A DNA stretch of 63,852 bases from Heteronotia binoei (taxonomy: Eukaryota): assembly GCF_032191835.1 (NCBI RefSeq), contig NC_083243.1, forward strand, positions 50,282,001-50,345,852. The letters are read 5' to 3'. Positions within the stretch are counted from its first letter, which is position 1. Each line of letters opens with the position of its first letter. Shown in pieces: positions 1-10,970 of this stretch. The position numbers were made by a program, and so were the translations under genes. The notes below the pieces were generated by a model. The model had not been told where the DNA came from, did no database searches, and worked only from the letters and a program-made list of their open reading frames with translations.

Positions 1-199
1 TTATAGTTCTTGGGTACCCATCTCAGTTTTTTCAGTGGCTCACTGAACCTCCATGTTTTTCTTTTGAAATGGAAAGTAGCATCTGTGCGGTTCCATTCAG
101 TTTTGCCACAGTAACATGGTACAAAACCCCTGCTGTTATTCATAGTGTCTAAGTCAGGTATTCTCCTATTGGTCTGTCTGTTAAGTCAAATTTAAGAGA

Positions 200-410
200 C
201 TGTTCTCACATGTCAGTTTTTGAAGTGATTAGTACTAATGTTTATAGCACCATATTGTTAATGTTAATTTTAATAATCTGAAATTGTTTTAACCATGATT
301 TTATAAGTATAACTGATGTATAATGTTATTTTATGTTGTGAGCCGCCCTGAGCCTGCCTCGGCGGGGAGGGCGGGATAGAAATAAAAAATTATTATTATT
401 TATTATTATT
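200..410 (+). mobile_element. L2-type 3' tail
   Basis: tgtgagccgccctgagcc...gggcgggatagaaataaa followed by (TTA)n. Confidence 0.7.
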
Positions 411-1142
411 ACTTTAATTCATTTTAAAGCAGATTGTTTTTTAAAAATTTGTATTTTAAATTTAAGGGTTTTTTTAAAAAAACAAAGAAACACCTAACCA
501 TGGAGCCTTATTTGAACAGAAAAAAAACATGTTCTACTGGAGAAGGGCTGTACTAATAGAACAGATTAATAGGACCCAGTTCCATTTTCTGATATATATA
601 AAATATGCCATCAGTTGTAACACAATGAAATAGACATCAGCTATTCAACAAGACTAGTTTTTTAAAAAGGCTAGATTGTGGGGTCTTGTGTGAGGTGCTT
701 AAGTTTTGCCAGCATTTCCCAAGTCTTTGCAAATAGAAATGCTGTATGCCCTTGACAGTGGAGTAGGGATATAAGGCATAGTATTCCACTTCATACCATC
801 TGGGTTCTTATTCTTGACAGTCAGCTGCAAATGCTAGGTCTATCTGGCTGCCTATTCCATTGCCAAGATGCCACAGAACATAAAAGTTTCAGTATTTTCT
901 GTTTCAGACATTTTATCATATCCTGGTTTCCCAGAGAAATACTTGCAGAGTAAATCAATTTGTGCTGTTAAGAATAAGATCATATGCTGCGTCTCTAACA
1001 CATCTTGCTGAAACATCAAAGGACTACTCTTGACATCTTTATTCTGAATACATATAATCAGGCAAACAGTATAAGTAAGTTTTTCTCATTAAGATTTTTA
1101 TACCTAGTGTTATTTTACTCCATCTCAAATATTTTAATTTAG

Positions 1143-1260
1143 ATCAAAGTTGCAAAGGAATGAAAACAGAGATATTAGTGAAGTTATTGCCTTGGGTGTT
1201 CCTAATCCTCGGACATCCAATGAGGTCCAATATGATCAGAGGCTCTTCAACCAGAGCAAG
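1143..1260 (+). CDS. SNW1: SNW1/SKIP internal coding exon (third from last)
   Basis: tttag|A...AAG|gtaagc; encodes (R)SKLQRNENRDISEVIALGVPNPRTSNEVQYDQRLFNQSK, matching the recalled vertebrate SNW1 C-terminal region. Earlier exons lie upstream of the window. Confidence 0.96.
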
Positions 1261-2100
1261 GTAAGCAACTCCTTCATGTACATTTGTGGAGCTATGATGC
1301 AGAAAATTTTAATAATTCCTGCTGCTGGGCATGAGTAATGAATGCTTAAAGTTATGTTGTAAATCCAGGAATGTCTTGCCAAAATGTTGATGCACCCACA
1401 TTTTCTTTTACGATTTCCCAAGCAATTCATTATTCAAATCTAAGTAACTGTGTGGTGGTTCTTGCAATGGAACTCTGTCCATAACTGCCAACAAATCTTA
1501 GAGCTGTTTGGGATGCAAGCTGTCTGTTCATCAAAAGTGTTCAAAGGAAAGAAATTGGGCTCTATACAGACTCAAAAAATCCAAACGAGGATTGCTCATG
1601 ACATTAGAAATAGGTCCTTTTCTCCTTGCACATGAAGAATCTCAAGAATTCAGTCAAATCGTCCCAGAGTGGAGAAGCGTGATGGATAGCTGGCAATACC
1701 AAGCCATTTTCCAGCAGGGCTTCATCAGGCGCAAATTCTGGGACAATTCATACATTCAAACAAACTCACTTTGAGTCTTGCAACAAGGTTGGCACCTTCT
1801 GAGTGGTGGCTTGATGTTTGGAATAATTTATTTTGATACTCTGAGGGAAGGAGACAGGCAGGATGGGTTGGTAATCAAAGGATGTATACATTAACATAGG
1901 TATCACACAAAAGGAATCAGGAGGGGGTCTTGGAGACAATCAACCAGATGTTGCTAGTTACCTGTGAGAATAGATACTTCATCTGATGGGATCCTTTTAT
2001 CATTGCTCCTATGGTATGGGGGAGGGGGAATTGTGACAGGAAAGCCCTTGAGGATGCCCTTTGTAACCATAGCCAGAAATCCTGTTTGCAGCCTTGTACT

Positions 2101-2290
2101 GGTTGACTCAGCCTTCCATCCTTCCGAGGTGGGTAAAATGAGTACCCAGCTTGCTGGGGCAGGGGGGAGTGTAGATGACTGGGGAAGGCAATGGCAAACC
2201 ACCCCGTAAAAAGTCTGCCATGAAAACGTTGTGAAAGCAACATCACCCCAGAGTTGGAAACGACTGGTGCTTGCATCTTTACCTTTTTAC
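2101..2290 (+). mobile_element. Sauria SINE 3' part
   Basis: ggttgactcagccttccatccttccgagg...tttaccttttt. Confidence 0.85.
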
Positions 2291-2754
2291 TGGCTCCTTG
2301 GCACAGGCATAGAGTGGCTCTCATTTGGCCTGTCTTTTGGAATTTTTGATCGAGGTCAAGAATGAGGAACCCAGCATTTCGGGGTGTTTCTACGTTAGGC
2401 AGCACCTCTGAGCTACAGCTGGGTGTCATTACAGTTTTCCAATACTTTCTGTAAAAGTTTGGCTGGTCTGTTTTGATCTTCACTAATTCTCTGCCCTCAT
2501 TCAGAAAGTAACTGATAGTAGCAAGTTATATATGAAGAATATTGAAGGCATAACATATAGTGTAGGGAAGTAATTGTGTTGCAACATCAGTGGCATGATT
2601 TTGGGAGGGGCAAGAGAGTGCACCAGTGTGGTGATACTCAAAAGTGAAAAAAATGGAAGCTTCAGGGAGCTTTTCAGATTCTGGTTACAAATCAGTGGCA
2701 CGTAACTGGTTGAAGTTCAGTACAGAATTGCTGACCACTTTGGTGTTTTTCCAG

Positions 2755-2921
2755 GGTATGGACAGTGGCTTTGCTGGAGGAGAAGATGAAATTTACAATG
2801 TCTATGATCAGCCTTGGAGAAGTGGTAAAGACATGGCTCAGAATATCTACAGACCCAGTAAAAATGTAGATAAGGACATGTATGGTGATGATTTGGAGGC
2901 ACGAATAAAATCTACAAACAG
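2755..2921 (+). CDS. SNW1: SNW1 penultimate coding exon
   Basis: ttccag|GGT...AG|gtacat; encodes GMDSGFAGGEDEIYNVYDQPWRSGKDMAQNIYRPSKNVDKDMYGDDLEARIKSTN(R); phases match the flanking exons. Confidence 0.96.
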
Positions 2922-3349
2922 GTACATATGTTTACATGAATTTTTCAACGTTTATAAAATGATGAACATGAAACAGGAAAATGGAGGTTTGTTGGTGGAT
3001 CTTCTCTCCCTCCTTTCTGCTAGGGGTTTTGCAAACAAGCACAGTGCAGGAGTGGAGTCCAAGCAGTGAATTCACTGGGCTTCAAATGGCTTTTGCAAGC
3101 CATGCCACAACTCACAAGTTTAAATACATTCTCAGTTCACTCTCTGGAGTCTGCCACGCAGCTTTAAAAACCATTTATAGGGAATCCCTTTAAATGGTTT
3201 TTGCAGTATAGCTTGGAGAATGCATTTAAAGAGATTTAAGAATGCCTTCTCGAAGCCCTGCTGCTGGCACTAGAGTGCCTGCTGAAATGAACCACCTGGG
3301 AGGTTCGTGAATCATAAACCGGGCCGAGTCCTAGTAAAGAGTGAATAGT

Positions 3350-4210
3350 GAGGTTGCCAAGTTTGCAGATGACACCAAACTATTTAGGGTGGGTAACATA
3401 AAAATTGATTTTGAAGAGTTTCAAAAGGATCTCAGGAGAATGGGCATTAAAATGGCACATGAAATGCAATGTAAGCAAGCATAAAGTGAAGCATATATTG
3501 GGGCAAATAATCTTAACTGATCTGGCAGCAACAGACCAAGAATGGGACCTTGGGTGGTAGTGGACACCTTGATGAAAATGTCAACCCATTGTGTGGCTGC
3601 TGTGAAAGAGGCAAATTCCATGCTGACCATCATTAGAACAGGAATAAAGAATAAAAATTGCTCCTGGCACTGCCCTTATACAAATCCATGGTGAGAACAC
3701 ACATGGAATACTTTGTACAGGTCACCATACCTGAGAAAAAAATATTGTAGAGCTTGAAATGGTGCAGAGAAGAGCTGCCACAATTATTGGGGGGGGGGGC
3801 ACTAGAGCAGCTGTCCTATGAGGAACAGTTAGGGTGGTTTAGCCTAGAAAAAAGACAAGGAAGGGGAGACATAGTAGTTTACAAAATTATGCATGGTAAG
3901 AGTGAGTAGGGAGTCTCTCCCATAATACTAGAATCTGAGGTCATCTAGATTCAGGTTGGAGTATTTCTCCACACAGGCTATATAGCATAGTCATGGTTGC
4001 CAGCTTGAAAGGCTTTAAAACGGGAGTGGACAAATTCATGGGAGGAGTACTGGGCTATCATTGCTTACTAATCATATGGATAATTTCTTCTTTAAATCAG
4101 TTGTTGGGGAGCCCAGGCAGAATGATAGCTGTGGGCTTCTTCAAGATAGTTGTTGAACACAGTGCTGGACTAGATAGGCTTTGGTCTGATCCAGTATAGC
4201 TGCTCTTGTT
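3350..4210 (+). mobile_element. Older, degraded CR1 3' fragment in a SNW1 intron
   Basis: gttgccaagtttgcagatgacaccaaac (KFADD) through a CR1-like 3' end, with many indels. Confidence 0.8.
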
Positions 4211-4284
4211 AATCTCTCTCCACACACACCCTGTTATTTACTAACAGACTACTAGATCTACTGTTTGCTTCTTGTCTGTTACAG

Positions 4285-4483
4285 GTTTGTTCCTGACAAA
4301 GAATTTTCTGGCTCAGACCGCAGACAAAGAGGTAGAGAAGGACCAGTTCAGTTTGAGGAAGATCCTTTTGGCCTGGACAAATTCTTGGAGGAAGCCAAAC
4401 AGCATGGGGGTTCGAAAAGGCCTTCTGACAGCAGCCGTCCTAAAGAACATGAGCATGAAGGCAAGAAGAGAAGGAAAGAGTAA
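4285..4483 (+). CDS. SNW1: SNW1 last coding exon
   Basis: ttacag|G; encodes FVPDKEFSGSDRRQRGREGPVQFEEDPFGLDKFLEEAKQHGGSKRPSDSSRPKEHEHEGKKRRKE then TAA, the SNW1 C-terminus. Confidence 0.97.
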
Positions 4484-4720
4484 GGATTTGTCCTCCTGGA
4501 TAATGAAATTGGATTTAAAATTAAAGCAGTCTTTACCAGCTGACCACCCTAAATTGTGGATCCAAAGCACCATAAATCTTCTAGTGGCACCTTACACAAA
4601 GAACAGAAGGGAAAATTGGACCATTCCATGATACATTCTGGACTTTAGCTATGCTATTCCCCTTTCTCTGTATACTGGTGAAGCTCTATGCTGTTGTTTT
4701 AGAGTGAGATTATAGTTCCT

Positions 4721-4726
4721 AATAAA
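4721..4726 (+). terminator. SNW1: Probable SNW1 polyadenylation signal AATAAA
   Basis: First AATAAA seen after the stop, about 240 nt downstream. Confidence 0.65.
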
Positions 4727-4906
4727 CATTGAGTTCTACTTAAAACTGTTTATTCCATCAGATTGTACTCCCTATGTACATAGCTTATTCTAATGTACTT
4801 GGCAAGAGGGAAGGATGTTGTGATTTGCTGTTACTCTGCTGTGACTGTATACATTTTTGACTAAAGAAAACAAGCAATTCATGTGAGATGACTACATATC
4901 CGTACG

Positions 4907-4912
4907 TTTATT
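4907..4912 (-). terminator. SLIRP: Probable SLIRP proximal polyadenylation signal (AATAAA on minus); a second lies at 4749-4754
   Basis: TTTATT on + strand, about 40 nt past the SLIRP stop. Confidence 0.6.
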
Positions 4913-4952
4913 TTGGGTTCTTTACATAACAGTAAAATGAAGTCTCCTTCCT

Positions 4953-5027
4953 TTAACTGTTGTCAGCAATTCTTCTGTCTGACCGTTGGTGTGAAAAATC
5001 TCTTTTTCTTTGAAGTTTAACATCAAT
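4953..5027 (-). CDS. SLIRP: SLIRP exon 4
   Basis: ttttcag|ATT; encodes IDVKLQRKRDFSHQRSDRRIADNS then TAA; phase 0, in frame with exon 3. Confidence 0.85.
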   Translation of the reverse strand: MDVKLQRKRDFSHQRSDRRIADNS

Positions 5028-5661
5028 CTGAAAAACACACAACAGAAACCAGATAATCATTTGAATTCTAGGTCATACTCAAAGCTGCCAGATCGTTATG
5101 GACATGATTCAGCAGTCATCTACAAAATATTATTCCTCTTCTGTAGTAGTAAAGAATACATAAAACAGCCTATGTGAATTAACATTACTCTAAGTACCTT
5201 ACCCCACAACTACATCGAGTATTGTGTATGGGTTTCTAACACTTCCTTCCATGAGCTGCACACTGATTATGTGGTGCAGGGAGTGCAATTTGGCCAGCTG
5301 GATGTCATTACAGCAGTATCTAAGTGGCCAGGATCTTACTAAGAAATATGGATAGCATTTGAAAACCACTTAGTTGCCACACAGTTCTGATAGCCTTCTT
5401 GCATTAAAGGTTATTTGAAGCCCACCCCTACTGCAGCAATGCAACCAAGTGGTGAGGCCAGGCTTTGACAGCCAGATCTTTGTTGTTAACATAAGCCAAA
5501 ACTTAGTTAATAAACGACTGGGAAGACAATTTACGAAATAAGGTTTGTAATGTACAACAAGCATGTAGATCTAGTAACTATACAGAAATATGACTGAACA
5601 AGCTTCTTCGATGCTATTTCAAAAGCAAAAGAGAAACAACCATGGCACCACAAGCCTCTAC

Positions 5662-5769
5662 CTTAACTCCGTCCAGGGTATGATTTTCTTTCTGCAAAGC
5701 ATTCTTTAGGCCTTCTTCTGTACTAAAACCAACCCAGCAAATGCCTTTGTGGAAACCTGTTTCTTTTAC
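5662..5769 (-). CDS. SLIRP: SLIRP exon 3 (RRM RNP1)
   Basis: tttag|...AAG|gtagag; 108 nt encoding [36 protein letters not shown] (human as recalled: [36 protein letters not shown]). Confidence 0.94.
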
Positions 5770-6892
5770 CTAAACAGAGACATAAATACATAAATTTCAG
5801 CTAAGTTCCACTTCCAGACAATACTGACGCCTAAATGGTCAACTGCCCCTTCAATGTAATGGGAACACTGCCACCTGCTGTCCTGACAGTAATCAGGCTA
5901 ACAGTATAATTATGACTGAAGAAGGCAGACTCAGACTTCAAGCTCAGCAATTTAAGGTATCTAGGAAGTGCTGCTTGACACCCTCAATTTCCAACCTCAA
6001 GCCAGCATGCAGAGCAGATGGTATGTGGCAAGGATTAAAGTGCTGGCTCTTCTCAAGAAAAACTAGCTAATTGCATCCTGATCTAAACAGGCAATGGAAG
6101 GAATATGAATGAAATAATTTTCCAGAAAAAGTGGCTTCATCAGAGGAACAACTACTAGGTCTTGTGATTGTTTGGTGGTAGGTGCTGATGATTACCCACC
6201 TCCCTTCCCCACTATTTTCAACCCCCAAGGTTGCTTTATATTTTTGAAAGGAAAATTGTGTGAATTTTATATGAGATGGAACACATATCTGATTTTATTT
6301 ACTGCTATGCAAATAGAAACCCTCAAATAAGAAGTAGCCCTTGGCTGCAGATATGATGTAGGAAAAAGCAAGTAGAACAATAAATTACAAGGAAGCAAAA
6401 TGCAGTGCGTAGTGTGTAAAGAGAGTTCTACTATGTATGCAAATACAGTTCTGATGCAACAAAAATAATACTGTGACTAATAGTTTGACATACTATAGGC
6501 TTTTCAAATGTATTATCTTTCTATTTTCAAAAAGTAATTTGTGTTCAGTATGAAAGCTGGCTGTGTTATCTTCGATCATTTTTGTCCCCCCCCCCTTTAT
6601 ATTTAATCTATTGTTTCATACGATCATAATTTGCATAGGCAACTAAAATGTGGATTTGTAAGCCAGAGTAATGTGGCATGAGTTACAAAACAGTATTAAT
6701 ATTCAAAATATTAATAACTTCAGTTAGGATTAATTTGTTTCCAAGGTGGATTTTTTTTTTGAATTGTTAAATATAATACTAACTCTGCTATAAATAAATG
6801 ATTGATTGGTCTGCCAATCAGCTTTCTGCCTAATCTAAGCTGAAATGCTACGTGAATCTGAGTCAGAAAACTCAGAGTAAAAAAATACTTAC

Positions 6893-6951
6893 AAATGGCA
6901 ACATACACTTTCTCACAGCACCAAACTGGCTAAAATATTCTCTTACTTCAT
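6893..6951 (-). CDS. SLIRP: SLIRP exon 2
   Basis: ggcag|AT...TTT|gtaagt; 59 nt encoding (N)EVREYFSQFGAVRKCMLPF. Confidence 0.94.
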
Positions 6952-7593
6952 CTGCCAAAAACAAGAGAAATGGAATCATTTGAGTAAAGGCTTTGCACTT
7001 TATATTTCTCTCCAAAATATTTGCACACAAAAATGAAAAGGTTAACAGAATTATGTAAAAAAAGAAAAAGTCATCTAGCCAAAACAATACACATACCCCT
7101 TATTTCCAGAAGTAATTATTCAAACAAGCTTTATGTACCAATTTTATTTTTCTAATTATCTTGCTATTAATCCTGAAGGGAAAAAAATCATCATTATCTT
7201 AAGAATGGAGCCCATTGCTTTAATGAACATACTTTATTCACATGTTCTTGGTTCAGAAGTATTTTTATTGTACATGAATATGTGAAAACTTCAGAACTGT
7301 GTTCAGATGGGTCCTCTCCCAGGTCATATAGGCAAATCATTTACAACACTGGGCTATATGTGGAAAACCTGTTAAGATAACAGGAGCCTCAACCAAGATA
7401 CTTCCTCTTCGTCTAATTTATCTCAGAGCTGTACAGCAATGACATCACTATGTGCATTGTGGAAGAAGGCCTGAATACAAACATAACATGAATTTTTCTA
7501 CGAGGAAAAAAAATGTCACATTACATATTACTCCATTATTGGATCACATTCTTTTGACTCTGTTGTTCAAAACCAGTAATTGTTTCAGAAATA

Positions 7594-7930
7594 TCTTTAT
7601 TTATTTATTTATCTGGGATTTATATCCCACCCTTCCCATCGAGTGGCTCAGGGCGGCTTACAACATATGTAAAACTAACATAAAAATAAATTACACTATA
7701 AAATTAACATTTCATTAAATAATTAAAATCCAACGTTTGTTATAAATGTACATGTCGTTAAAATCAGACAGCGGTCGTAAAGCTACACTGTATTCAAATT
7801 CAAATACTGATTCGGTATACCGTCTTCAACATTTCGATGTTCCATATTCGATATTCAGTAGTCGGTATACAAGGATACAAGGCCGGTTAGTTGTGGGCCA
7901 GCCGGAAGAGGGTTGTCTTACAGGCCCTAT
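7594..7930 (-). mobile_element. L2-type LINE 3' end
   Basis: Same tail and ccggaagag...tgtcttacaggccct motif as the 40356 copy. Confidence 0.78.
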
Positions 7931-8174
7931 CAGAAAAATGACAAGCACTGTGGAATTTAACAGACTAAGTGATTTAGTGAATTCTAAAGCAGTCTCATTC
8001 TATATCATTCCGAAAATGTAGTAACAATTTTTTGTTTTCTTCTAACTATAAACTCATCAATGTGATGTAGCCTTAGAAGGGCTGGTTACAAACCACTGTC
8101 CTGCCCCTAACTAAATTGGACTACCTTGGAAAATAATTATGTGTTCACAATGCCTCATACAGATTAAGAGCAAA

Positions 8175-8403
8175 TATGATGTATGTATGAGGCTATGAGA
8201 AGACAAGTAATTGGTAAGGACAATGCTAAGAAAAGTGGAAGGCAATAGGAAAAGAGGAAGACCCAACATGAGATGGATTGAGTCAATAAAGGAAGCCACG
8301 GCTCAAGACGTGAGCAAGATGATTAATGACAGGACATTTTGAAGGTCATTAACTCATAGGGTCACCATAAATCAGAACTGACTTGATGGCACTTAACACA
8401 CAA
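8175..8403 (+). mobile_element. RTE/Bov-B-like 3' fragment
   Basis: ggaaaagaggaagacccaacatgagatggattgag...ggcacttaacacacaa. Confidence 0.7.
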
Positions 8404-8951
8404 GATGTAGTGGTTAATGCGAAACTAGGACTGCGAAGAACTGGGTTCAGATCCCACTACACCAAGAAGCCCCCTAGATAACCTTCAGCGGGATGGTCTC
8501 TCTCAGTTTATGAATCAAGGAACTGACCTCCTTGCAAAAAGAGTAGGTTAAAAATGGAAGAGGTAGATTTCTCTAATCCTTACAGCCAGTGTAAGACAGC
8601 CTCAGCCTAATCTCCACGCCAAGTCTGTGTGAATAAAATGAGGGCAACAAGACCTGGCTTTTATACTCTGTTTTTCACTATCCGAAGGAGTCTCAGAGCG
8701 GCTTACAATTACCTTCTCTTCCTCTCCCCACAACACCCTGTGAGGTACACAGGGCTGACAGAACTCTGCGACTGGCCCAAGGTCACCCAACTAGCTTCAT
8801 GTAGAGGAATCAACTACTGCTGTTCACTAATACACCACATGGCACAAGTGATATACTTTTGAGAAACGGGGGGGGCAGTACATGAGAGATCTAAAATAGA
8901 CATGTACTTTGTAAAGCAGGTCTATGCAACAGATCTGATCCTATCCCATTT

Positions 8952-9232
8952 GAGAGCCAGTTTGGTGTAGTGGTTAAGTGTGCAGACTCTTGTCTGGGAG
9001 AACCTGATCCCCCATTCCTCCACTTACACCTGCTGGAATGGCCTTGGGTTAGCCATAGCTATCGCAGAAGTTATCCTTGAAAGGGCAGCTTTTGTGAGAG
9101 CCCTCTCACAGCCCCACCCACCTCACAGGGTGTCTGTTGTAGGTGGTGGGGAAGGTAAAGGAGATTGTGACCGCTCTGAGACTCTGAGTTCAAAGAGAAG
9201 GGTGGGGTATAAATCTGCAATCATCTTCTTTT
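8952..9232 (+). mobile_element. Squam3-like tRNA-derived SINE
   Basis: gagagccagtttggtgtagtggttaag (A box), B box partly deleted, L2-like 3' end. Confidence 0.82.
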
Positions 9233-10114
9233 TCCTACACTGTTCAGCATTTAACATCAGTAGTTCTTAGTGTTAGTCTTTTTTCCAGAAGTACTTCTGT
9301 TAATGAATACAGGTATTTTAGTCACAATGAAAAAACGGAGTTAAAAAAAAAAGACAGGCTTGCCTACACAGCCTAAGAATACTAAAGAAATCATAGAATG
9401 CAGGTCCATCAATGCTTTTTAGCCACATTGCTAAATGGAATCTCCGCGTTCAGAGGCAACAAAAGGGGTAAGAGCTCTGCCGTTCTCCAAATCCTAGGGC
9501 ACCTGTTTGGCCACCGTATCAACCAGAAGACAAGACCAAACAGACCCGTGGTCTGATCCAGCATAGCGGCTCTTACGGAACCGCGGTTACGAGAGCGTGA
9601 TAGAGGCGTTCGGGCGTCAGCCTCAGCTCCGGAAAACCCACGTTCAAATCACCACTGTGCCATCAAATGCACTGGATGACTTTGGGCCACTCAGCTTAAC
9701 CTCCCTCACAGGACTGTTGTGCGGGGTAAGATAAAACCGTGTGCATTGCCGAGTTCACTGGACGACGGGTGGGACAGAAATGCACTAATAAGAGTCTGCA
9801 ATAGTTCAAATATCTCTAAACAAAACAACAAAAAGTTGAAGCCCAATACTCGCTTCCATTCGGTTCGTTTGTTACCCCTATACTTTGAAGTCTTTGATGC
9901 GGTGGGAAAACCCGCAAAAGACGTGCGATCCCAGCATCAAGTAGGGCGGCAGAGCATCGGAGGAGACGCCGATAACGTGCGACAGTTACTGCAGTGCACC
10001 CTAAGCCCGCTGATAGCCTGGAGTCAACCCCACAAACGACTACACTACTAGGCTGCAAGAGCCACGTAACTTTCACACAGAAAGAGAATAATCGCTCTTC
10101 CGCTCTCCACTCAC

Positions 10115-10187
10115 TTGCCGAGGCAGTCCAGGGCACGCGAGACACAAAAAGCTCGAACACCCGCCGCGCTACGCCTCCCGCCGCCAT
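10115..10187 (-). CDS. SLIRP: SLIRP exon 1 CDS
   Basis: AAGATGGCGG start context; encodes MAAGGVARRVFELFVSRVPWTASA (RNP2-like FVSRVPW); donor A|gtgagt. Spliced CDS 73+59+108+75=315 nt, 104 aa. Confidence 0.94.
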
Positions 10188-10287
10188 CTTGTAGCCAGAG
10201 AAATGCTACTTTCCCCGGCTGCTACAGCCAATGCGAAGACGAGCACGGCCCCTTCCGCTCCGCGCGTGGAAGGTCACATGAACTAAG
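10188..10287. promoter_or_regulatory. SLIRP/ALKBH1 bidirectional promoter core within a CpG island (about 9420-10660)
   Basis: 100 bp between divergent ATGs; CpG-rich; YY1-type motifs at 10181-10190 and 10285-10294; CCAAT 10228-10232; ETS/GABP-like CTTCCG 10252-10257; E-box GGTCACATGA 10272-10281. Confidence 0.88.
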
Positions 10288-10416
10288 ATGGCGGGGATGG
10301 TGGCCGCGCGGGAAGGCGGCGAGGATGCCTTCCGGCAGCTTTTTCGCTTTTACCGCCGGTGGGAAGGCTCCGACGTGACAGGGGTGATTGACTTTTCGAA
10401 GCCCGCCGGGCGACAG
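10288..10416 (+). CDS. ALKBH1: ALKBH1 exon 1 CDS
   Basis: Encodes MAGMVAAREGGEDAFRQLFRFYRRWEGSDVTGVIDFSKPAGRQ (human as recalled: GEDAFRKLFRFYR...GVIDFS); donor CAG|gtaatt. Confidence 0.94.
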
Positions 10417-10829
10417 GTAATTAGGCGATGTTGCGTATGAACATCGCTTCTTCAGCAGCTGTTGCTACTGTTTTACGGTGCTGGGATTACCTCACAGGTC
10501 TCCATAGTAACAGGCATGTCGCACACACACGTCCCTCCCGCCAGTTTATGGCATGTGCTTCTCTCGCAGGGCTGATCTTGCAGAGAGAAATGCGCTGTCG
10601 CGAAGTGTGGGTTGGAAGGAGGGCTGATTGAGGAATTACGGGACTAGGCGTTCCGGCTTTCTTTATGCTTTTATTTTTATTGGAGGAAAACGTGCATACA
10701 AGTTTCCTGCTTGTTCAGAATACATCGGTACAATTCAAGGAGCAGTTAAAATGTAAATACTATTCAACATAACCGGCTGTGCCTAAACCCCCACAAATCA
10801 GTATGTGTATCGCTCAGTTTCATACAGCA

Positions 10830-10970
10830 GGAATAAGGTCCAAGTGGGCAGTCGTGTTGGTCTGAAGCAGTTGAACAAAGTCTATACCTGATCCCCTCGT
10901 CTGATGAAGTGTGCTTAGAGAGCGCACGAAAGCTTACGTTCTGAATAAAACTTGGTTGGTCTCAGCAGGG
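10830..10970 (+). mobile_element. Penelope-like pseudo-LTR fragment containing a hammerhead motif
   Basis: gtgttggtctgaagcag...gaataaaacttggttggtct repeat family. Related copies at 11500-11620(-), 11860-12000(+), 14330-14540(-), 38540-39200(+), 43300-43410(-) and 57355-57470(+). Confidence 0.65.
10898..10938 (+). ncRNA. Minimal type I hammerhead ribozyme motif
   Basis: CGT-CTGATGA-A-GTGTGCT/TAGAG/AGCGCAC-GAAA-GC-T-T-ACG: intact core, 7-bp stem II, palindromic AAGCTT in place of stem III, 3-bp stem I. Confidence 0.6.

Noticed and set aside
1917-2483. 188-aa minus-strand ORF
   Set aside because: Its middle is the antisense reading of a Sauria SINE; the same peptide appears at other SINE copies.
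8952-9030. tRNA genes
   Set aside because: The A/B-box sequences are SINE heads without a cloverleaf; the 5S-like sequence at 51281 is likewise too diverged to be an rRNA gene.
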